Shown here piece after piece: positions 1 to 9,972 of a stretch of 64,000 bases of DNA. Below the pieces are notes generated by a model. That model was given only the letters and a program-made list of their open reading frames with translations, was not told the DNA's origin and searched no databases. The stretch lies in assembly GCA_000004985.1 (NCBI GenBank), contig GG738905.1. One strand, given 5' to 3'. The DNA is from Naegleria gruberi. Its lineage: Eukaryota. Position numbers and translations under genes: made by a program. Every line of letters begins with the position of its first letter. Position 1 is the first letter of the stretch.

Positions 1-13
1 AAATTATCAACCT

Positions 14-2239
14 ATGGGAAATAAATTTGCCAAAGGTGCTAGGTTTCGTCGACCAAATCAACAAGACGAAACCTCTCAAAGAAATGATGAAGCAACCTCT
101 CCCTCCCAATATCGTATTGTGAGTACAGAAGAAATTCAAGCCAATTCCTCTCCTTCCAATCATCATCATCATCCCAACAATAATAATTCCAATTTTTCTT
201 CTTCTGACTCACCAACACTCCGAAAATCCAAATCAAATCGAACAAGAAGTTTGAGTACCTCCACAACAACAGGTGGTAACAATGGTAGTAGTAGTAGTGG
301 TAGCAATAATGCTCGTTCAAGTCCAGGTACCTCTCCGACAAGTCATCATCAACGTTTCCTTCTGACCAACAATCATACAACAACAACAACTCCAAGCCTT
401 GCATCCTCTTCATCAACAACAACAAAAAATTCCCCGCCAAATTCTACAGTAATTTCCAATCAGAAAAAAAAGAGTGGTGTTGGCGGTTCGTTCAGGTTCC
501 GATCATTGAGAGGGAATAATTCGGCATCGGCATCATCATCGTCTTCATCATCGAGTAAGAAGAGTAAGAAGAGTAATGAGGGAAAGCATAATGAAAAGCA
601 ACAACCTCAATTGCAATTGAATGATTCGAATTTGAATTCATCAGTGCAAAATAATCAACATCATCACCATAATAGAACAATATCAAATGGTTCGACACAT
701 AGTGGTGCAAGTGGACATTTTCCTCTACTTTCATCATCATCGACTGGAATGATACAAACTGGTGGACATTTTCATAGAAAAACTTCAAGTCAGCCTCCAC
801 CTAATTGGGCTACTTTTAATTATCAAAATTCTGGAAGTTTATTGTCTCCTAATGGAACTGGTAATCCATTGGTTAGTTTACAAATGTCTCCAAGTCCTTC
901 ATCATGGCAGAATAATTACTTTATCTATAATTATGCAATTTTATCATCATCAGCTCCACAACCTTCCACAGTGAATAGAAGTTTATCTAGCTCACCAATG
1001 AGTGTTTCTTCAGCTGCTTCAAGTGTTAGTAATTCGAGAGATCAATTAGTGGAATATCAATTGATGGAATTCTCACCACAACAACGATTGGTTCATGAAA
1101 AACTGAGGGCCATGTTTCCTTCCATGAAAAATGTGCCTGACTATTTCTTGGCCTATTTTTCATTGGTTCTTTCAGATGAAATAACTTTGAAGGAGACAAT
1201 CTTTTCAAATGTCAGTGATATTTCATTCTACTTGGAAATGCAATCCAAGATTGAAGAATTATTCCTCGAAGAAGAGGAAAGACTCGGAAAATCACCTAGT
1301 ACTTCTAGAATGGATCATTTCACTCCTAAATCACCAGCTTATCATAGTGTTACCAATGACAATCTTCTTGCGAACACTACTGAAGATGGTGACATTAACT
1401 ATTCTTCCAATTTTTTCAATTCTAATGATGCCTATGAAAATATTACCTCTAACCTAAATTTGAACGACTCATATTCTAGTAATAACACTTCTACCGAAAA
1501 AGGTGATATTCCTTCCTCAATTATCAATTTCCAATTAGATTTCCTAAATCCTTTCCACATGATGAGCAGAAGTGAGCTCACTGTTCGCTTAATCATTCTA
1601 CCAAAAATTTTCAAAAATGTTTTCTATGCAAAGACTGAAGTTGCTCAATTAATGTCGCCTGTATTTTCTACTAGAAATAATTTACACTTCCGAGATTCCT
1701 TTATTCACAACGACGAGTTTGTTGTATGTATCATGATTGGATTTTGGGTACTCGAGTACATTCCATCCTCTGGAATTATTGTACCAAAACTTATTTATGG
1801 ACCATCAGAGCTATTTTCATATATACAGAGTATTCCTGTAATTGCCACTCTGAATAATAGTGATGGACACGTAATGAGTGCACTCATTTCTACAATAGTT
1901 AAATGGAATTGTGAAAAGAAGAATCCAAACACTAACTCTATGACGTTCATTGATGACTTACTAAAGACACTACACATTAACTTTAAATATGCCCATAATT
2001 CAACACTTGAAAATTGGAGGAAGGGTAACTCATCTCTTGAATGGACCATACCAAATCATTACAACCTGCTAAAGGATCCTAGTGTAAACACTACTAGTTC
2101 TCGAGTTTTGAAATTCAAATCAATTGAAGATTATGAATTATCAGTGCCTAAAATTGTTCACACCCTGAGTAGTGAATTGTTAATTTCTAATGGAGGAGTT
2201 TTTGATTATCTAAGTTGTCTCCAAAAATGTTTCTCGTAA
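14..2239 (+). CDS. hypothetical S/T/N/H-rich low-complexity protein (741 aa); N-terminus MGNKFAKG fits the N-myristoylation consensus; the C-terminal half is non-repetitive and looks conserved
   Basis: 2.2-kb uninterrupted ORF from the ATG at 14. The TAA stop at 2237-2239 overlaps a consensus GTAAGT donor, with a candidate acceptor ...tttatag at 2312, so a short extra 3' exon is possible. Confidence 0.55.
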   Translation: MGNKFAKGARFRRPNQQDETSQRNDEATSPSQYRIVSTEEIQANSSPSNHHHHPNNNNSNFSSSDSPTLRKSKSNRTRSLSTSTTTGGNNGSSSSGSNNARSSPGTSPTSHHQRFLLTNNHTTTTTPSLASSSSTTTKNSPPNSTVISNQKKKSGVGGSFRFRSLRGNNSASASSSSSSSSKKSKKSNEGKHNEKQQPQLQLNDSNLNSSVQNNQHHHHNRTISNGSTHSGASGHFPLLSSSSTGMIQTGGHFHRKTSSQPPPNWATFNYQNSGSLLSPNGTGNPLVSLQMSPSPSSWQNNYFIYNYAILSSSAPQPSTVNRSLSSSPMSVSSAASSVSNSRDQLVEYQLMEFSPQQRLVHEKLRAMFPSMKNVPDYFLAYFSLVLSDEITLKETIFSNVSDISFYLEMQSKIEELFLEEEERLGKSPSTSRMDHFTPKSPAYHSVTNDNLLANTTEDGDINYSSNFFNSNDAYENITSNLNLNDSYSSNNTSTEKGDIPSSIINFQLDFLNPFHMMSRSELTVRLIILPKIFKNVFYAKTEVAQLMSPVFSTRNNLHFRDSFIHNDEFVVCIMIGFWVLEYIPSSGIIVPKLIYGPSELFSYIQSIPVIATLNNSDGHVMSALISTIVKWNCEKKNPNTNSMTFIDDLLKTLHINFKYAHNSTLENWRKGNSSLEWTIPNHYNLLKDPSVNTTSSRVLKFKSIEDYELSVPKIVHTLSSELLISNGGVFDYLSCLQKCFS

Positions 2240-2403
2240 GTATTATTATTTCTAAGATATTTAATTTAATGATTAATGTTGTATTTCATTATCTGATCAA
2301 TAACATTTATAGAGAGGACTATTTCATGTTACAAACAATTAGAGCCTCATTACAATTAAAAGAATTCGCCCACTTGAAATAAATGCAGTTCAAATTTTGT
2401 TTA

Positions 2404-3493
2404 TTAAAGCATTTGAATAGACTTGTTATATTGTTTAATTTCGTGGCACTTGACACGATTTTTCTTTTGACATTTAATTCTAATATCAACACCTGCATGA
2501 GAAAATTTCATAGCTCTTGGTGGAACAAGTGCAACAAGATCATATCTGACCTTATTCTTCTTTGACTTGTAGAAATCCACAACTCTGGCAAATTCTGGAA
2601 TGGCAGCATTAATAGTTGAAACAAATTTGGCATCGCCAGTTCTAGGTTGACCAAAAGTAATTAATTTAATCTTGGCATTCTTATAATCAACGTATTTTGA
2701 TGAAACAAAGTCCAAAGCAGCAATACTAGTAACAGCAGCTCCCTAATAATAATTATTAATTTTCCAATCAAATGTTTTAAGTAATTAAATTAAATTCCGT
2801 TATGTTGTTGTGAAAATCCAATATCCAAAAATGTTCAATGATAATTCGGATCACAAATTTATCACCATCATCCTTTCGTATAAATTCTAATAAAAAAATA
2901 TAACAAACCTTTGAATGTCCAGTAAACATGACAGTGTCAACTTGATTTTCACTACTAAAAACCTTCTTTAAAGCAGCAACCAAAGTTTCCTTCAATTTCT
3001 TATAATGTTGCAAGAAACCTCTATGAACCTTTCCATTTCCATTAAAATCAGTCAACTTGAAATTAAACGAATCAGCCCAATTTTTAACATTCTTTGGTTC
3101 AACTCCTCTGAATGAAATTACAACAGTTCTAGTCAATGCATTATAATAAATTTTGAAAGAAGTTTGTGATGAACGATGAAACTTGACAACTTTGTAATCT
3201 TTGGCATTTGGCAGGGATGAACATTTGACAATTGGAACTTGTGAAATTTTGTTATGATAAACATCTTGAGAGAAAAATCCTGCCCATTCAATATCTCTTG
3301 GACAAATAGTTTTCAATCTTCTATTCACAATTTCCATTTCCTTGTCACTATTGACAAGTGACTTGACAGTTTTTGCGACATTTTTAATCTTCTTGACAGC
3401 TTGCTTTAATTTAAGTCCTTCTACTTGTTGTGTGTAGATGGAAAACAAGGCAAGCGTGAGAAGAAGAGCAAAAACTAATTTGTTTGCTTTCAT
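2404..3493 (-). CDS. secreted triacylglycerol lipase, class 3 (alpha/beta hydrolase); two exons, join(3493..2909, 2749..2404) with intron 2750-2908
   Basis: N-terminal signal peptide MKANKLVFALLLTLALFSIYTQQVEG. Lipase_3-like motifs VVISFRGVEP and HRGFLQ. The nucleophile elbow GHSKG is reconstituted across the hand-found intron (donor AAG|GTTTGT, acceptor ttattag|GGAGCT) and is in frame with ...AAVTSIAALDFVSS...GQPRTGD. Confidence 0.8.
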
Positions 3494-3660
3494 TTGTCGG
3501 TTGTGAATTTTTTTTTAAAGATAATTTTCAAGTGACCTGACAGCTGAATTTGTGATGTGAGAAAGTGTCGTTTTTTTGAGCTCTGGCCCATTACATGGAT
3601 AATTGGTGATCTAGCAAGGCATGAGATTTTCATTTTACAATACAAACGAATGAGAAAAAT

Positions 3661-3702
3661 CTATTCGAAATATACAAATTTCGAATAATATTATTCGAAT
3701 AG
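3661..3702. promoter_or_regulatory. 42-bp palindromic element ctattcgaa-N-atttcgaat-N-ttcgaatag about 170 bp upstream of the lipase ATG
   Basis: ctattcgaa at 3661-3669 and ttcgaatag at 3694-3702 are perfect reverse complements, with a further TTCGAAT core between them. TTCGAA(A/T) cores recur in other 5' intergenic regions of this window. Confidence 0.4.
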
Positions 3703-3928
3703 TATTTTCATGAATAATTTGAAGAAATGAATGTTTTATTAGTTTCAATAATATTAATCATAATGATGAATCCTTTGTTGTTCAGACATATTGGAACAAT
3801 ACCTTTCGAATTCAATCATTATACATTCGTTCAATTTCCCATATTATTTTCAAAATCTTATTTCACATATTATCTAAATTGTAACATTGTAAATGGAAAC
3901 CAATTTAAATTGCAACCTAATCTCTCTA

Positions 3929-4321
3929 TTAATAAAACATATTGTAAACTTTAATATCATCCTGAGTTTCCTTTAACTCATCCTTCATGTCAGAAATAAT
4001 TCTCTCTCTATATTCCTTATGTAACATTTCTGGATAGTCCAGATATTCCCTAAAATAGGAATCTTTGAGCAAATTTTGAACCAAGACTTCACGTCCCATT
4101 CCTTCTGGATTACCGAGATAGACTGACCAGAGTCCATACTTTTTAGAATTCTTCATTAAATGATCTGGAATTTGTAGAGAATGTGCATGTTGAGAATAAA
4201 CTGAATTACCATCAAAGGCAAATCCATAATATTCGGACATGTTTTTAAAATCATCACTGTCTGATTTGACTCCGTCTTGAGAGAGGAGAAAATCAAGGGC
4301 AAGTTGTTTGGTTTGTTCCAT
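3929..4321 (-). CDS. hypothetical 130-aa protein
   Basis: clean ORF starting MEQTKQLALDFLLSQ with balanced composition; no recognisable domain. Confidence 0.4.
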   Translation of the reverse strand: MEQTKQLALDFLLSQDGVKSDSDDFKNMSEYYGFAFDGNSVYSQHAHSLQIPDHLMKNSKKYGLWSVYLGNPEGMGREVLVQNLLKDSYFREYLDYPEMLHKEYRERIISDMKDELKETQDDIKVYNMFY

Positions 4322-4888
4322 CAAGTGCTTTCGTTTTTTTTTAATCTACTTTCGGTTAGTATTATTAGAAAGGTTAATTTAAATGAGTTTTTTATATAGG
4401 ACAATACCTTGTTTAACACTTACTAGAAAAGGAATGAAGGAGATAATGCATTTTTACCAAAAATAATCCAATCTAGATGGATAATCATTAGAAATAAACT
4501 GTTATCTCACTTTAGTTTGTTTGGATTGAATCAAATTGGAGGAATCTAATTGTTGAATAGGAAAATATCAGTTATTTTGGACCAGCTTTCCATCATTAAT
4601 GATGTGAAGAAAAAGTTCAATTGGATTAATTTTCAATTATAAATTTAGTTTACTTTCCATTAAGGTTTCTCTCTTGTCAACTGCTCATAATCATTTTAAT
4701 TTCTGGCCAAACTGAATAACATATGATAAGAATGATTTCAATATTTTCTTTCCATCTTCTAGAAAGTATCCAAATAATACTTTTCCCTTCTTTGTCAACT
4801 AACTTTTCAAAACATTGTAAAAAAAGATTCTTGTAAAAAAACATTTCAACGCTCAATTCTGTTAGTAAAAACAAACAAAAAACGAAAC

Positions 4889-5644
4889 ATGTGTTGGTCT
4901 CTCAGAGCTTCCTTGTTCTTTTCCATCCTAGGAGGATTGATGACTTTGGATCAGATTCGAAGAACACTTGCTATTCGAAAGGAGTGGAGAGCACGGAGTA
5001 TATCTCAAGTATTAATGTACCTGTCGTATACCTTGATGGAATTCCTACAATTTCTACAGTATTGGTTTGGAATTGAAGGAACGTGTGGCACCACTTCAAA
5101 TATTTTCCTGTCAATTGTGGCTCACTTTCTAATTTGGACTCAACCACTGGCACACAATTATTGGTGTTTAAGGAATACAGCGAAGGGAAGAAGTACTTTC
5201 AGATATGCTTTGTTTTGCTCCTTCTCCACCCTAATTCTGGCAAGTATCAGTTTGGCAATGGGTTATTTTCAAGTTGGTGGATTTGGTGTTGGAATTGAAA
5301 ATGACAATCTGGAAGGTGTTCCAGGAAATGTTTTGGGAATTGAAATTCAAAATGTGAATACCAAATTGTGTTCAATGCAAGGACCTAATCATTTATATTG
5401 GATGTTTCCCTATCATCCAATATGGGGACATGGCATTTCGTGGTTTACTTGGTTGATGGTTGCTGCATTTCCTCATTTCTTTAGATATTCAGTTAAGGAT
5501 AATGATTTCTTTGGAAAGAGTTGGGTGATGGGAAGTGTTGTCGTTGGTGGATGGTTAGTTGCCTTGGCAGTCACTTTGACAATTGGCAATTTCCATGAGA
5601 CACCTTCTTATTGGTGCCTTATTTCAGTTCCATGTTTGGTGTAG
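4889..5644 (+). CDS. hypothetical multi-pass membrane protein (251 aa)
   Basis: ORF with about 6 hydrophobic helices and a W/F/Y-rich composition typical of an integral membrane protein. Confidence 0.45.
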   Translation: MCWSLRASLFFSILGGLMTLDQIRRTLAIRKEWRARSISQVLMYLSYTLMEFLQFLQYWFGIEGTCGTTSNIFLSIVAHFLIWTQPLAHNYWCLRNTAKGRSTFRYALFCSFSTLILASISLAMGYFQVGGFGVGIENDNLEGVPGNVLGIEIQNVNTKLCSMQGPNHLYWMFPYHPIWGHGISWFTWLMVAAFPHFFRYSVKDNDFFGKSWVMGSVVVGGWLVALAVTLTIGNFHETPSYWCLISVPCLV

Positions 5645-5696
5645 CCCTATGTGTCTGCATTCTTCAATCCTAAACGATTCATTGTTCGAGAGGAAT

Positions 5697-5968
5697 TGTA
5701 TGTCAAAATGCCAAAGTCTTCATCTTCTGAATATGATTCAAAGAAAGTTGCCTAATTTTTGAGGGATGAGAATTGATGGATTGAAAGCCTCCATCTCATT
5801 GAGAATGAGCATTGACAATAATAGTGGAATCATTCAATGTCGATTTGAAACTATTTCAAATAAATTTCGAGTTGGAATCTGCTACTTTTTTTAAGTGTTT
5901 GGTGATAAACGTTGGGTCAATTTGTTACTTTCCATTTTGAGGAGTCATGCAGATTTCTTGAATGAAAG
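5697..5968 (+). repeat. repeat A copy 1 (about 270 bp), directly abutting the retroelement's left end
   Basis: about 93% identical to 10149-10418 (aaagtcttcatcttctgaatatgattcaaagaaagttgcc...gatttcttgaatgaaag). Confidence 0.85.
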
Positions 5969-8900
5969 TTGAAGTGAGTACCCCACTCACTAAGGTTTAT
6001 TGTAAACTACACACACCAATAAATATGAAAAATTTTTGTCTGAAAAAATTTCAACACAGCAAGATGTTAAAAGACAAGATTTACGCTCTTATTAAAGAAC
6101 ACTCCAGTGATGTTATGGCTAGTATGCCTCCAAACACCATCAAGATGGTATTGGATCTACTTGGCGAAAACCCTGAAGACAAAGAAAGATGGCTAGAAAT
6201 TGTTGAAGACGCAGGTGGTGCGTTATTCAACAACTTCTCAACAAAAGCAGAGGCCCAGGAATACTTTACCAAAGGTATTAAGAAGTTAGCAAAGAGTGGT
6301 AAAGTTGCTTCCACTAGAAGTAAGACTACCTCTTTGCAAGAGGCAAGCACTCCAAGTAACATGAATAAGACTTCTTCTTCATCTCAAATGGCTACCCCAA
6401 AGGTTTCTAGCGTTAGTCAGGTTAGAGAGTTCGTCCAAAAGAGAAGGATTGAAGAAACAGACGACAAGGAGTGGAAGAGAAGAGGTGTTATTCTTGACCC
6501 AGCTGATTTCCTTGAAAAGCCAGCTACTTGGAATCTCCCAAGTAGACAACAATGGGAAGAGATGAACCGCCAAATCAACATTTTAGTGGTCGGTAAACAG
6601 GTTGAAGAAAAGGTTAAGGAAACGTTTCCGCCATTGAGTACCAATAACCAAGCATTGAAAGCAGAGTACGACACCTTGAAAGAGGTCGCAGGAAGCGTCT
6701 ACGGTGCTGCATTGTTGAACAAGGATGAGTCAGTTGCAGACAAGTTGGAGGGTGCCATTGAATATATCAAGGAGAAAGCGGTACACCTCAAGCTCGTTTC
6801 CTTCGACAAGCATCTTGCGGAGAAGGTTCGTATCATTCGTTCAGATAAGACCTGGAGAGAACAGGCTGACCTTATTAAGGTCGCCTCCAAGTTGATGAAG
6901 GTAGAAAGTGAAGTGATTAAGAATGGAAACTTGCCAGTCATCAATAATATGACTAAAGCTGTTGAAAAGGCAAGAGATACCTATCCTGTAGCTTCCCACT
7001 GTTTCAAATGCGGAGAAGTTGGACACTTGGCAAAGAATTGCAATAAATCCACTTCCAAATACGTCTCGGTAAGTACTATTTTTCGATCCTCCAGATGCGG
7101 CAGAGATACGGGAGAGGAAACAAGCTGTTCACTCCATTTCGAATGCTTGGAAGGAGTGGAAGAGAAGAGGAGCGAAACCTTCGATAATAAGGCTCCTGAA
7201 AGAGGGTGTGAAAGTGCTTCCTTCAACAGGGTTCAAAAGATCAGTGGAGACAGTAAATTCAGCCAAGTTCTCAATAAGGGAACTACAGTGGTTGGAAAGG
7301 GAGATAAATTTGCTAAAGAAGATTGGTGCATTAGAAGCTTGTCAGAATGCGGAAGTAGTGGCCAAGTTCAGATTGGTACCAAAGGGAGAACAGTACAGAT
7401 TGATTGTAGACTTGAGACCCTTAAACAAATATTGCCTCATCCCCAAATTCAAGTACAACACATTGAAGAGATTCTTAGAGTTTATTCCAGAATCTGGAAC
7501 CATGTTCCTATCATCATTCGATTTGAAGTCTGGGTACCACCAGCTAAAAGTCCACAAGGACTCAAGAAAATTTTTTGCTATCAACTATTTTGGACAATTA
7601 TTACAGTTTACTGTGTTGCCCTTTGGCTGGAATGGATCACCATAGAACTTCACTTTGGTAATGAATCAAGCGGTAATTTTGATGGAATCACCACTCATGC
7701 GTCTTTCCAATTATTTGGACGATGTGCAAATAGTGAATGTAGTGGAAGAAACAATAGCCGTACAGAATGTAGAAATATGCAGGGAAGATGCAAACCAGCT
7801 TGGTTTAGTGTTAGAGAGAAGAAAGAGTGTAATGAAACCAATGACAGAATTAGTAGTGTTGGGGTCATGTGTGAATATTATAACGAAGACACTATCAATG
7901 ACAGAGGCTACGATAGTGAAGATTACGAATATGATAAAATCAGTACTCACGCGGATTCATTTAGGCAAAACAGTGTCGGTAAGGAAGATGAGTTCGATAA
8001 GCGGGACAGTGATTGCTTATTTGGAATGTTTTATCCCAGCAAGGGTGATGCTTGCTCCCATATTCGCCTTAATAGCAAAAACAGTAGTGAAGTACGGATG
8101 GAAAGCTTCGGTATTCGTAAGGGATGTCAGGGTCATTCACAACCTTCAATGGATTATTGCAAATATAAGGATGTGGAATGGAAAACACTTCCAGAGGCCA
8201 TCATTGGTCTATTACTTCTGGACAGATGCATCAGATTGGGGTTGGGGAGCATATTTCGAGGAGAAGGACTTGAAGATAGGTGGTCAATGGTCGGAACAAG
8301 AAAGAAAACTTCATATCCATATAAGAGAAATGTTAGCGGTGTTAAGAGCTTTGATGGAATGGAAGCATTTGTTCGAAGAGAGAAAGATCATTATTTATGT
8401 GGACAATTGGATTATCTTACACAACATTTTAAAGGGATGGGCAAAAAGCCCACTTATGAGAAGGTTAATTATGAGCTTCTGGAGAATTATATTCAGCCAC
8501 AATATAACTCTATTGTCTGTGGAATGGTTACCGTCGGAAGAGAATTATATGGCAGACGGGATCAGCAGGGGGATAATGAACGATCCCACGGATTGGGAGA
8601 TGACTATTCCAGCATTTCAAAGGATTCAGAAGGAACTTCTAGTGGAAATAGGATTCGACAGATTCGCTTCCCACGTAAGCTTCAAAGTCAAGCCTTACAT
8701 GGTAAGAGAAAGAAATTTCAGAGGAGAGAAAGCAGACGCCTTCTCTACATTATGGACAGAAGAGGTTGTAAATTTGTGTTGCGTCCCATTCAACTTAATA
8801 GGAAGAGTATTGAAACATTGCGAAGAATCAAAAGCTATAATGGTGTTGATTCATCCAGTATGGAAGAGAAGGTTTTGGTGGCCAATTCTAGAAAAGTATC

Positions 8901-9927
8901 GTATAAGGAGTGTATCGATGAATGGAAAGGACTTCTTTACAAAGTCCAATACAGGTCACGTAGAACCTTGCAAGAAATCTTGGCTATTAGAGGCAAGTCT
9001 GATAGATTGTCGAACTCGGAACTAATTAGAATTGCCAAGGAGGTCATTAGCTCTCACAGATACAAAGAGAGCACTGACAAGAACTACAGAAGATATTGGG
9101 TGCGCTTTATTAGATTTAACATTGAAAGAAAGGCTTGTTTTCCTCCTTCAGAAGATAATCTTATTGCTTTCCTGACGAACATGTTCCTTAAAACACCGTC
9201 AGGAAGCAACTGCAGTGCAGCATATGCTGCTATCATGGCATTTGCCAAGAAATTTAGTTTAGATCAGGGAATGCGAGGAGATAATATTCGAGAAGTTTTA
9301 AATGGAATGACTAATCTTTCAAGAGTGGCTAGTGAGAAGGAAAGAAATGCTTGGCAACTAGAATTTATTAGAAAGTGGGTGAGCATAGGTAGGAGAAGCG
9401 TGTCTGACAGAGAATTTGTATTATACACATCTATGATGATCATAGGTCTACGAACTATGTTGAGAGGAAGTGAACTTGGTGAACTAAAGACCGAAGATGT
9501 TCAATTTCTTCGCTTGGAGAATGGTAAAATGGCAGTCAAATTGAAATGTAGAAGAGTTAAATCTAGTCAGGGTAGAATGGGTAGAATTATGTGTATAGAG
9601 AGTACAGGAAATGATTTGTGCCCAGTATCTTGGTTGAATAGGTGGATGGTGTATAGAGATCAAGGTGATTACTTATTTGGTAATAGTAAGGCTTTGACTA
9701 CAATCGACATTTCGTGGATACTGAGATTTGTGGCGTCAGTTATTGGAGTAGATGGATGTTTCTCCTCTCATTCTTTAAGAATTGGAGGTGCTAATGAAGC
9801 AGCTCAAGCAGGTTTTTCTCTCGCTGCTATTCAAGCTTTAGGCAACTGGTCTTCAAATGCGGTTGACAAATATTTCAGATCTGAGTTTTTCTATAGTAGA
9901 AACGTATCAAAAGAATTGGGTTTCTAG
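5962..9927 (+). CDS. element frame-1 ORF: Gag-like N-terminus with CCHC zinc knuckle and tyrosine recombinase C-terminus; the middle 1.9 kb of this frame overlaps the RT/RH frame
   Basis: Zinc knuckle CFKCGEVGHLAKNC. C-terminal recombinase motifs RGSELGELKTEDV ... HSLRIGGANEAAQAGFSLAAIQALGNWSSNAVDKYF (R..HxLR..GNW..Y). Confidence 0.7.
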   Translation: MKVEVSTPLTKVYCKLHTPINMKNFCLKKFQHSKMLKDKIYALIKEHSSDVMASMPPNTIKMVLDLLGENPEDKERWLEIVEDAGGALFNNFSTKAEAQEYFTKGIKKLAKSGKVASTRSKTTSLQEASTPSNMNKTSSSSQMATPKVSSVSQVREFVQKRRIEETDDKEWKRRGVILDPADFLEKPATWNLPSRQQWEEMNRQINILVVGKQVEEKVKETFPPLSTNNQALKAEYDTLKEVAGSVYGAALLNKDESVADKLEGAIEYIKEKAVHLKLVSFDKHLAEKVRIIRSDKTWREQADLIKVASKLMKVESEVIKNGNLPVINNMTKAVEKARDTYPVASHCFKCGEVGHLAKNCNKSTSKYVSVSTIFRSSRCGRDTGEETSCSLHFECLEGVEEKRSETFDNKAPERGCESASFNRVQKISGDSKFSQVLNKGTTVVGKGDKFAKEDWCIRSLSECGSSGQVQIGTKGRTVQIDCRLETLKQILPHPQIQVQHIEEILRVYSRIWNHVPIIIRFEVWVPPAKSPQGLKKIFCYQLFWTIITVYCVALWLEWITIELHFGNESSGNFDGITTHASFQLFGRCANSECSGRNNSRTECRNMQGRCKPAWFSVREKKECNETNDRISSVGVMCEYYNEDTINDRGYDSEDYEYDKISTHADSFRQNSVGKEDEFDKRDSDCLFGMFYPSKGDACSHIRLNSKNSSEVRMESFGIRKGCQGHSQPSMDYCKYKDVEWKTLPEAIIGLLLLDRCIRLGLGSIFRGEGLEDRWSMVGTRKKTSYPYKRNVSGVKSFDGMEAFVRREKDHYLCGQLDYLTQHFKGMGKKPTYEKVNYELLENYIQPQYNSIVCGMVTVGRELYGRRDQQGDNERSHGLGDDYSSISKDSEGTSSGNRIRQIRFPRKLQSQALHGKRKKFQRRESRRLLYIMDRRGCKFVLRPIQLNRKSIETLRRIKSYNGVDSSSMEEKVLVANSRKVSYKECIDEWKGLLYKVQYRSRRTLQEILAIRGKSDRLSNSELIRIAKEVISSHRYKESTDKNYRRYWVRFIRFNIERKACFPPSEDNLIAFLTNMFLKTPSGSNCSAAYAAIMAFAKKFSLDQGMRGDNIREVLNGMTNLSRVASEKERNAWQLEFIRKWVSIGRRSVSDREFVLYTSMMIIGLRTMLRGSELGELKTEDVQFLRLENGKMAVKLKCRRVKSSQGRMGRIMCIESTGNDLCPVSWLNRWMVYRDQGDYLFGNSKALTTIDISWILRFVASVIGVDGCFSSHSLRIGGANEAAQAGFSLAAIQALGNWSSNAVDKYFRSEFFYSRNVSKELGF
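5969..6088 (+). repeat. 120-bp terminal direct repeat B1 of the DIRS-like element
   Basis: ttgaagtgagtaccccactcactaaggtttattgtaaactacacacaccaataaatatg...gatttacgctc is identical to 9973-10092. It contains the ATG and first ~40 codons of the element ORF. Confidence 0.9.
7208..9025 (+). CDS. element pol frame: reverse transcriptase + RNase H, interrupted by one in-frame TAG at 7646-7648 (degenerate copy or readthrough)
   Basis: RT motifs LVPKGEQYRLIVDLRPLNKY, FSSFDLKSGYHQ, VLPFGWNGSP and then YLDDVQIV after the stop. RNase H motifs TDASDWGWGAYF ... EKADAFS. Confidence 0.75.
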
Positions 9928-9972
9928 TAGGGGCTCATTGTTTTCGTATTTATTGGTGTGTAGTTGGATAAA

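Noticed and set aside
5962-6088. Treating the first 40 codons of the element ORF as evidence that repeat B is purely coding
   Set aside because: The same 120 bp recurs at the 3' end after the recombinase stop codon. It is a terminal repeat that happens to contain the ORF start, not a duplicated exon.
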